A stretch of 64,000 nucleotides of DNA from Octopus sinensis (lineage: Eukaryota), in NCBI RefSeq assembly GCF_006345805.1, contig NC_042997.1, forward strand, positions 195,610,001 to 195,674,000. The letters are read 5' to 3'. The notes beneath the pieces were generated by a model. The model was not told the origin of the DNA and did not search any database. It saw nothing but the letters and a program-made list of their open reading frames with translations. Every line of letters starts with the position of its first letter. Positions within the stretch are counted from its first letter, which is position 1. A program made the position numbers and the translations under genes. Below, piece by piece: positions 53,989 to 64,000 of this stretch.

Positions 53989-53995
<7 letters not shown>
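53700..53995. mobile_element. Palindromic element (~125-bp arms) with a hammerhead-like motif in each arm
   Basis: gtaccggtttcaatcattgagactttttcaactgtaagtatgggaaacaatt / aattgtttcccatacttacagttgaaaaagtctcaatgactgaaaccggtac. Confidence 0.85.
53904..53939 (+). ncRNA. Minimal hammerhead-like fold with U3/A8 core
   Basis: CAG-UUGAAAA-AGUC-UCAAU-GACU-GAAA-CCGG-UA-CUG. Confidence 0.55.
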
Positions 53996-54025
<30 letters not shown>

Positions 54026-54039
54026 CACACATACATATA

Positions 54040-55800
54040 CGCTGAGAAGCTTCTTGAGGGACTTTTTTAATCTTGACATCATCTTCGACATTAATTCTAG
54101 GGTGGTAAATCTTTTGGATGTTACCTTGTGTCTAAATATCGGTCTCTATTATCCCTTTCGTAAGCCTAATAAATCAATGTCATATATTAATGTATCATCC
54201 AATCACCCAAAATCCACAATAGACAGCATCGTTACGGCGATTTCAACTAGAATATCTAACTTATATGCGAATGAAAAGATTTTTGAACGGCATGCACCGG
54301 TGTATAATAATGCCCTAAGATTAAGTGGTTCCAAATCTAAAATATTTTATATCCTTAATACTAGACTCAAAAACAAAATGGCTGGTTTGCCATTTAAGCA
54401 CGTCACAAATACTATGAATAAATGCAGGGAACCCCCCAACTGCAATAATAAGACGCCCTTGGGTAGTAATGTGTTTAGGGATACTCCCAATAGGTACAGG
54501 TATAAGAAAATTAATAATTTTGACAAGGAGTTAAACAAAACGGGAGGTTCACGGTCTGGAATAAGGGAAGTTGTTTGGTTCGCTCCCCCTTTCTCCCTTA
54601 GAGTAAGGAACTTACCAAAAATGTTTTTTAGAATTCTGAAGTAGAACTTCCCAAAGAATCATAAATACTATAGCATTTGCAACAAATCAGCGATCAAGTT
54701 CCCTTACTCTGTAATGCCAAACTTTGCCTCGATTATTGCATCAATCAATAGAAGCAAGCTTGCTGGGCGGAATAGCTGGAAAAGTTCTTTTGTGGATGAC
54801 CAAGGAACTGCGTATAATAATTTTGTAACGCCTAATGCTAATGGTACAAACAGTCTGCCTTTACCGGATCTATCGAACCCATGTAATAAGGGAAGATTTG
54901 ATGGAATGAAAGAGGGAAACTTGTCGAGAACTGGAGACACAAAATGTAAAGGTAACAATAGAAATAAAACTAGGAAAGGCCCCCGGAAAGAAATGTAATT
55001 GTAGAAACCCCGAATTATGCCCTTTAGATGGTTCCTGTCTAGTTACTAACGTTATATATAAATGTGTAGTCAAGGACGAGGATAGGTTAAATAAATTTTA
55101 TATAGGTAGCACAGTAGATTTTAAGGCTAGATATAGATCACATATGAGCTCATTTTCTATCGATAAATACTGTAATTGTACAACACTTGCATCCCATATA
55201 CACAATTTAAAGAAAAATAATAAGAATTATTATCTAGAATGGTCCATTATCTCTAAAACCCCAAATTTCAAGGGAAATATTAACAGGTGTAAGCTGTGCA
55301 TAAGGGAATCCCTTACCATCCTTAGGTGTTATGGACCGCACATTTTGAATAAATTTACTGATGTGATTCCCTTTTGCATCCATAAATTTTCTTCTACATT
55401 TTTAAAAGTGTATAGAAATAAAATAAGTCGTAGAAAATAAATAGTTTAGCTCTTATAGGGTTTGAAACCACGGAGGTTCAATTTAATTTAATTTAATTTA
55501 ATACACCCATTTTTTTTTTTTACTGCTTTAATTCTTTCTTCTGGGCTCGTCTGAGCATGACTGCTTCAATAAGAAAACACACAATATTGTGTTAAGCCTG
55601 CTAGGCGATGATGTCTGTCTCTCTATTTTTCCCCTGACGAAGGAGTTATTAGCATGATGCACCCTAGTGCTTTAAACGCAATAATATACCCCCGAAATGG
55701 CCATAGGGAATTTAGTAAATATGGTTTCCTCTTTTTTAACTATAAGGCCTCTCTTATTCGATGAGTAATTTTATATGACTTTCTAAACGATGAACCTTTA
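54040..55800 (+). mobile_element. 5'-truncated Penelope-like element (Neptune-type), disrupted ORF
   Basis: LLDV..PFRKP..Y....SNHP RT thumb; WFAPPFS; CNCRNPELCPLDGSC linker; VIY...FYIGST..FK.R...H GIY-YIG; CKLC.RE; stop at 54642 and frameshift near 54960-54990. Confidence 0.92.
55629..55710 (+). ncRNA. Type I hammerhead ribozyme in the PLE 3' region
   Basis: UUCCC-CUGACGA-A-GG..long stem II..CC-GAAA-UGGCCA-UA-GGGAA; palindromic stem III AUGGCCAU. Confidence 0.82.
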
Positions 55801-56271
55801 TTTTATTTTATATTATATATTATATATTTTTATTTGCTTCCTATATTTATATATTTTTATATATTTTTATATACCTATATATTTATATATTACTTTATAC
55901 TATAATCTTACGTTTTACCTTCTAGGTGCTGTAATGGTTTTAAAAAAAAATATTTTTCTTAATCGCTAAAGTATTAACTTTTAACCGTGATGAACTGTAT
56001 TCACATATATTCAAACATTTTTTCTCGCACTTTCTTATATGATTGTACAGATGAATTATATTCCATCTTCCGTGATGTCTAAATGTATATTCTATGATTA
56101 AATGTTCGAGTTATGAAATGTTATTGGATGATCTTGCATTTGATTGTTCTATAACTTTAGTTTGATATATTTGTCTCATTCAATTGATCACTTCTGTAGC
56201 AGTCCTTTTAAACAATTTGTACCTTATTAAACAAACATTTTGTTCCTGATAAGAAACAATCATTGTATTAT

Positions 56272-56362
<91 letters not shown>

Positions 56363-56502
56363 TATATATATATATGTATATATATTGTATATATATATGT
56401 ATATATATATATGTATATATATATATAGTATATATATATATATATGCATATACACATATAACATATATATTTATGTATATATATATGTATATATATATAT
56501 AT

Positions 56503-56666
56503 ACGACAGACTTCTTTCAGTTTCCGTCTACCAAATCCACTCACAAGGCTTTGGTCGACCCGAGGCTACAACAGAAGACACTTGCCAGGGTGCCACGCAG
56601 TGGGACTGAACCCGGAACCATGTGGTTAATAAGCAAGCTACTTACCGCACAGCCACTCCTGCGCCT
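56503..56666 (-). mobile_element. SINE family A 5' half
   Basis: Reverse complement of the family head. Confidence 0.85.
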
Positions 56667-58198
56667 GTATCTACATAGGCCCTAGAGAAACTAACCAACC
56701 AATCTGCGTTATTACATATTAAATCTAGCATTCACAGAGAAATGGAGATACTAATTTGCGTATCTTATGTTTAACACTTTATATAAGAGATCTGATATAT
56801 AGGTTGAGAGATAGGTATCTTGGCGCACATCTAGTTATGGTGTAAAACAGCCCTTGTCTGAAGATGTCACAGGTGCTATAATGACAAGAAACACATAACT
56901 TTCCCAAGAAACAAGTAAGGTCAAAGACAATAGCAGGGAATATCATCAGTTAAGCTTATGAGGAAGGAGAGAAACCGGTATCCACGACAAGAAAGAGAAG
57001 CCTCCAATAAAATGCAAAATCATGGGATATGAAGGTGTAGATATTTAGGTTCTCCAGAGAAATCTGAGACCGGATGTTCTTTTGATGCTTATGGAAGCGA
57101 AGAAGATAAACTTAACGAGAAGAAGGGTGTGATTAAATCTTGAATGTAAGGTCGCCAAAAGCAAGAACTTTATGCAGGATTTCAGGGATGACAAGCAGAG
57201 ACTCTTGGCGTCGAATTTTACGATAGACGAGTTTTTATTTCTATGAAATCTAATCTATAAAATGAAGAAGGCGAACGTAGATACAAATTGGATTTTTATG
57301 TAAAAAGGGGTCTGATGGGGCTGGAAGGGAACTAAAATTTACAGGAGGGGGTAACTTGAGGTGAGAAATTGATTGGGAGATGTTTTAGAGCGCTACAGTG
57401 GTTGCTTTGGTGTGAAAACGGGGATTTTATTGATTTTTGGGGACACTTGGGGGTTTAGATTGGACACCTTTTGCCCGATTTCAATCAAATTTTCAATATG
57501 GTAAAGTGGAAGCAGATTTGTAATTTAAGCGCGGAAATCTAATTTTTTTTTTATAAATGGGACAGAGAGAGATGGATAGAGAAAGATAGAGAGTAAGAGA
57601 AAGCGAGGCAGTGTCCGAGAAAAAGAAAGAGTAACAGAGTGGGAAAGTGAGAGAGAAAGGAGAGAGAAACAAAGAGGGAGAGTGTGGCGATAAGAAACAG
57701 AAAGGAAGCAACAGAAAGTAACAACCACACCCTCACCCGCGCGTAGAGCTAGTCACCTTAAGTTAGTATGAGATAAAGAGAGAAAGGCAATCAGTCGCAA
57801 GACTGGAGAAGCAGCAAATGGAGCCAATTGCTGGTTTTGGAGCAAAAGAAAAATGCTAAGTTGCAAGCCAGGCAAGGCAGATGGTTTGTTATCTGCCTGT
57901 CACTGACGTGCCGCAAACGGGTAGTGTTATGATTTAGGTCAGAACACTTAATGATCGCTGTATGCTGTTTGAGGACATAAATACTTCTTGGTAAAGAGAT
58001 TAAATGAGAAGCATCTTTTCGATGTATTCGTATGTAGGTAGGTATATGAGTATGTGTATATATATTTGTGTGTGTGTTTGTATGCATATACAAACATTTA
58101 TATTTATATATGTCTAAATATTTATATATGTCTAAATATTTATATGTCTAAATACGCACACACACACAGCGACATATATCTATCTATCTATCTATCTA

Positions 58199-58257
<59 letters not shown>

Positions 58258-58423
58258 ATATATATATATATATCCATCCATCCATCCATCCGTGTGTACA
58301 TCTATATACGAGTTTGCGTAGCGAGTGCGTGTATGTGTGTGTATGCGGGGATGGGGATATGCACGCGCACGCGTCTATGTTTCACGTGGAATTCAGATGA
58401 CGGATATATAATTTTGAACCGAT

Positions 58424-58567
58424 TTGAGTTCAAATTCCGCCGAGGTCGACTTTGCCTTTCATCCTTTCGGGGTCGAGAAATACAGTACCAGTTTCGCACT
58501 GGAGTCGATGTAATCGACTTATTCCCTTTGTCTGTCCTTGTTTGTCTCTCTATGGAAGTAAAGAAAT
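58424..58567 (+). mobile_element. 5'-truncated SINE B with ~20-bp TSD
   Basis: atatataattttgaaccgat duplicated at ~58404 and ~58568. Confidence 0.85.
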
Positions 58568-59296
58568 ATATATAATTTTGAACCGATGGTGTAACGCCAT
58601 TACAGAAGACATCGCTACTACAAACATTTCCATAGAATATTATACGAGTCAAAAACCAAACTTTCACCGAACAGTCTACCAATAGGCTTAGTTTGAAAGT
58701 CATTTTATTTCTCCTACTTCGTCTTCGTTAACAATCCTCACAGTAACAGCATTCATATTTATTATGCTGCTGAGGTAACGATGAATATCACACAGCAATT
58801 CCAATACAGAAAAGATGAGGAGAAATTTAATACATCATTTAACTAAACCCAATAAATAACATGTTAATTAAACTATATTGAATATATTTGTTTATTTTAC
58901 TATTACAGTTTTATGAAATTGCATTCTCCTGCACTCAGATCCTCACTTCCTCTGTTTTAAACAAAATACTTACCTCTGTGTGTGTGTCTCCCTATCGCTA
59001 TTTCATACGCATTAGTATCATTTACTCATTATTTGTCTTTTATTTCTGCTTCTCTTGCTTTGCCTTCTGTTGTTGTTCTTTGGTTAGTTTCGGCCTACTA
59101 CCTTAAATTGAACGGAACATTATTTAAATCACGCGCTACGGCCATTTTTACTGAGCTATTTGCGATACATGAAGTGCTGTTAAAAAACAAAAAAAAGAAT
59201 GATAAAATACTATACACACACACACACACAACACACACACACATACGCACACGCAAGCACACACATGCATGCACATACATTTATGCGTTTATATGC

Positions 59297-59336
<40 letters not shown>

Positions 59337-59581
59337 TATATACATATATATATATACTATATATATATATATTATATATATATGAAACATATATATTATA
59401 TATATGCGTATGTATGTATGTATGCACGCACACTCCAGCGCACACGCACTTACATATTATACATAAACAGACACGCACACACACATTCACAAGCACACAA
59501 GCGTATATATCGATCCTGCGTCCTTCACCCTTCTTCCCCCCTGTTTGGAACTGTTTGTCTATCCTTGTCTCTTTGTATGCA

Positions 59582-59626
<45 letters not shown>

Positions 59627-59686
59627 TGCATATACAAATATATATGTATATACACAGACACAAACACACACGAATATATGTATGTA

Positions 59687-59752
<66 letters not shown>

Positions 59753-60072
59753 ATATATCGTACCGTTTGTGTTCGGACATACATATATGCACATAAAATA
59801 TATACAAAAATATATTTTTACGTGCGAGAGAGGGAGAGAGACAGGAAAAGAGAGAGGAGAAAGAGAGAAGGAAAGAGAGGAGAGAATTAATGGAATTTAA
59901 GGAAGTTAGCATCAATGTTTTAAACTATTGTACCAAACAAGAAAACGAGAATTAAAATATAAATAAGAACACCAAATGCTATGTGTAAAAGACCAGTAAA
60001 CCGTCTTATTAAATTTATTCAACTATTCTGGCCGAAAGCAAATCGGCGTCACCTATACGAATAATGCAGAGC

Positions 60073-60121
<49 letters not shown>

Positions 60122-60762
60122 ACACACAAATACACAGACAGACACACACAGACACACACAGACACACACATACAGACACAAACAGACACAAACAGACACA
60201 CACACACACAGACACACACAGACACACACAGACACACACAAGCTTATATATATATACAGACTCATATATTTATGTGTGTGTGTATATGCACATCTAATTG
60301 ATATCACTCTCTCACAAACTCTTTCTTCCTCTTATCCTTCCCCCCTTTCTCTCTCACATTCCTTCATCACTGTTTTACCCTCTTTCTCTCTTTCTGTCTC
60401 TATTCATACATGCATATATACATGCATAGATACATACATACAAGCATAAATATATCTCCACACACACACACACACACACAATACAAATATACATTATACA
60501 ACATATATAGATAGGATATATATAAATATATATAATATTTACATATGTATATTTATTTATATATATATATGTACATATATATGCATGTCCGCATATATAT
60601 GTATCTACATATATGTGCAACCACGTATGCATGCTAATATATATGTAAAACAGAAATAATTATGCAGAAAAGTAGTTATATTCAGATTTACACAGCGAAA
60701 AACATACAACACACATAATATGTACATATATATGTATACACACACACATATATATATATCTA

Positions 60763-60798
<36 letters not shown>

Positions 60799-61431
60799 TA
60801 CATATACGTATATATATATACACACAAACGCACATACACACACACATATATATATATATATAAGTTTATATGTATATATACACACACACAAATACATATA
60901 TACATACATACACCCACACACGTACACGCGGGTGCTCGCGCGCACATACACACGCACACACACACCAAAATGTATACACTTATGTGCATTTGTAGAAAGA
61001 GACACAAAAGAAATTACAATGGAACGGAAAGAATGCGTCTTAGAATTTGCTACTTAATTTGAAGTAGAAAGAAAAACGTGGAAAGTTAGAGAACGAAAAT
61101 GAGTGAGAAAGTTTACACGTTGCAAAATGTAAAATAAATGAAGAAATAAAGAATTTCATGTTAAAATGGATAACTCTGAAATAATGAACAAAATACAAAA
61201 AAAATTTCAAGAAATATAAATTGCACAAAAAGAAACTAGACTATAGCGAAGTAACAATACTTCATCAATAAAGATTATTTGATTTCGGTTGAGAAATTTA
61301 TTGGTATAGGAACATCAAATGGATATTAACTAGAAATAATGATCTTAACTTTAAATTAGTGATACGTATTTCCTACTGGCAATGGAATCATTCCGGTTTC
61401 GAATCAGCCAACTCTATGATAAACTTATATA

Positions 61432-61885
61432 TATTTCTTTATTGCCCACAAGGGGCTAAACATAGAGGAAACAAACAAAGACAGACAAAGGGATTAAGTC
61501 GATTACATCGAACCCCCAGTGCATAACTGGTACTTTATTTATCGACCCAGAAAGGATGAAAGGCAAAGTCGACCTCTTAAAAAGGTTGTGGCGAAAGAGT
61601 CAGCAGAAGTTCGCCGTTACCTTTTGCCGGAGCCGCGACGGATGGATGAATGCACATCCAGGCTCAGCGGTTGCGTAGGAAGTCGGGGACAAGAAACAGG
61701 AAGAAAGAGTGAGAGAAAGTTAGGGCGAAAGTGTATAACAGGGGTCGCCACCATCCCCTGCCAGTGCCTTGTGGAGCTTTAGGTGTTTTCGCTCATAAAC
61801 ACTCACATCACCCGGTCTGAGAATCGAACCAGCGATCCCTCGACCGCGAGTCTGCTGCTCTAACCACTAGGCCATGTGCCTCCGG
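61432..61885 (-). mobile_element. Chimeric SINE (family C head, two C-type bodies, family B core and tail)
   Basis: aaacttatata duplicated at ~61421 and ~61890 around the whole composite. Confidence 0.8.
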
Positions 61886-61983
61886 CGAAAAACTTATATA
61901 GTCCTGCTAATCTGCTAATAAGCTTCGAATTTCGAGACGAGAATAGTTTAAATATTTTCTGACAATATGATCGCCTCTATTTA

Positions 61984-62198
61984 AGGTGGCGAAGGCGTAG
62001 AATTTTTAGCATGCCAAGCTAAATGTTTAGCAGTGTTTCGTCTGTGCTTACTTTGTGAGTTCGAGTTCCGCCGATGTCGACTTTGCCTTTCATCCTTTCG
62101 GGATCGATAAAATAACGTCCTGTTGAACACTCAGGTCGATGTAATTGACTATCCCCGTCCCACTAAAATTTCAGGCCTTGTGCTTATAGTAGAAAGTA
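61984..62198 (+). mobile_element. Diverged SINE family B
   Basis: gtcgactttgcctttcatcctttcgggatcgataaaataa core. Confidence 0.75.
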
Positions 62199-63381
62199 TT
62201 ACTTCATATGGCTGCCCTATAGAACTAGTTCTGTAGCCTCGGATCATAAGTCATACAAGACAAGAAGAGGGCTTCTTAGTGCCACAGAACTATGAAGGAA
62301 GGAACCTCTGGGTGGTCGTTCGAGTTTCGAAAAATAGCAGCTAAATCACCTTCAAATCACATCGTCTAAGTAATAAAAAAATAAGGAAGTGAATACATTA
62401 GATGTGAGGGTACTGTTCATGGGAAAATGGGATGGTCACGGCAGGAACACCTTTGACAAATGTTTGCAGGATCAGAAGTGATACAGGGCTAAGCAGCAGC
62501 AGCAGCAGCAGCAGCAGAATCACCAGCAGCAACGACAACAAGAGCCGATGCATTATACTACTGTCACGCAGTTGCCTCCCCTTGAACTCTGAAATAAACA
62601 CGTCCACTATCTTACACCCCTAAAACAGCCTCGAATCAGATCTTCCTTTCCGATAGAGAATCTCCACCGATCATTAAAACTCCAAAGGAAACATTAACCA
62701 AACTAATGTTTGATCCAATAAAGTCTGTGGAGAAAACAAAACTAACGTTTCGTTCTGTGGAGAGAGAGAACGCGAGAGAGAGTGTTGGTGGCAGGAGAGA
62801 GAAGGATCTTTCTATTATAAATGAAAACATCAAAGAGATATCATTTCTAAGCAAATGTCTAATGTTCTCTGTCAGGCATCAACGCTTCACTGACAATGTT
62901 AGAAGAGTTCACAGAAAATAAATTACACCTGACGTATATCTATTCCATTTTACCAGAGCCCTGACTTAAAACAAGTTGGCAATTCCGTCATTGTCATAAT
63001 GATAATTTTTTTCTACTTGGCATATTTCCCTTAATACTATAGCTCTTTGGCTGCTTTCGAACCTAGCGCTGCTGCCAATTGCCTCTGCCTCACCATGCTA
63101 ATCATAGATAGAAATAAATACTAATAGAATATTAAAATATGGTAGACGGTTCGTTAAAACGACAGTCAGTTTATACCTAAACCTAACATTTTATTTGTAT
63201 CACTGTGGTTTTATTTTCTGAAGTTAGACAAAAGAAGAAGGATATTATTCATATCTTTCATAAATTTTCGTAAATAAGTGAAATGGGCGCAATTGGTGTC
63301 TAACTTCAAACCTGAACAGAGAGGCAGCGATCCGGTATGGTTTGCAACAAAATTAACAAATGAAGCCCCAACAAATTTCCA

Positions 63382-63550
63382 TAGGCGTGGGGTGGTTGTG
63401 TACTAAGAAGTTTTCTTCCCAACCATATGGTTCCCGGTTCAGTCCTACTCCGTGGTACCTTGGGCATGTGTTTTCTACTATAGCTTCGGGCCAACCAAAG
63501 TTTTGTGAGTGGATCTGGCAGAGAGAAACTGACAGAAACCTGTCTTATAT
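63382..63550 (+). mobile_element. Diverged SINE family A head
   Basis: ggttcagtcctactccgtggtaccttgggca...gtgagtggatctggcagag. Confidence 0.75.
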
Positions 63551-63742
63551 ATGTGTCACCAAGAAGAACACGTGTGTTGAAAAGATAATCGAAAGCGTTC
63601 ACACACACTCGAAAGAAATTTCATCAAAATGTTCAGTGACGTTCTGAGAAAGAATTTACAACTTTCTTAAGAAAATAACTTTTTAAAGAAATCTGTTTTA
63701 TACTTGTTAAAAGTGTCAAATAATTTTCAGAAAGACTTTTAA

Positions 63743-63773
<31 letters not shown>

Positions 63774-63802
63774 ATTATATATATATATATATATATAATA
63801 TA

Positions 63803-63834
<32 letters not shown>

Positions 63835-63879
63835 TATATATTATATATATATATATATTATATATATATATATATATAT

Positions 63880-64000
63880 AAGACGAAGACAGGTGGTGTA
63901 CAAAACAAACAGATGTATAACGCTCAGGATTAGAAAAAGTCTTTTACGTTTCGAGCCTACGCTCGTCTACAGAAATGGACACAGAAAAAGCAAGGAGAGA
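63880..64000 (-). mobile_element. Small repeat with degenerate hammerhead-like motif (cut by window edge)
   Basis: Minus strand 63942-63975: UUU-CUGUAGA-C-GAGC-GUAG-GCUC-GAAA-CG-UA-AAA. Confidence 0.45.

Noticed and set aside
56670-57250. Complex, purine-rich stretch resembling decayed coding DNA
   Set aside because: No ORF of 60 aa or more and no identifiable motif
58982-59900. Longest ORFs (302 and 233 aa) and all YI/HT/CV/RE/LSIY-rich ORFs
   Set aside because: Translations of stop-poor microsatellites; no domain content
62620-62921. Possible host exon (~95 open codons after an AG)
   Set aside because: No recognisable protein motif or partner exons; cannot be supported without RNA data

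Overview
AT-rich, repeat-saturated eukaryotic non-coding DNA. The repeat landscape most resembles an octopus/coleoid cephalopod genome; this is inferred from the repeat families, not verified. I find no supportable host protein-coding gene. Almost all ORF-track entries are translations of (TA)n, (CA)n, (GA)n, (TATC)n, (TAA)n or (CAT)n microsatellites or of SINEs. Recognisable content: several tRNA-derived SINE families in many copies; two 5'-truncated R4/Dong-type RLE LINEs in (TAA)n tracts; a decayed Tc1 transposon with DD36E spacing; a 5'-truncated Penelope-like element (PLE; RT thumb, Cys linker, GIY-YIG); RTE and CR1/L2-like LINE scraps; Helitron-type and hAT/Tc1-type MITEs; and a 100-N gap at 33736-33835. 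The most interesting signal is a set of minimal type I hammerhead ribozyme (HHR) folds with palindromic stem III. One lies in the PLE 3' region. Others lie in several unrelated small non-coding inverted- or direct-repeat elements: a head-to-head tRNA-promoter/HHR palindrome, a retrozyme-like direct repeat, and a variant with a compensatory U3-A8 core. Coordinates were read by eye and element boundaries are approximate.
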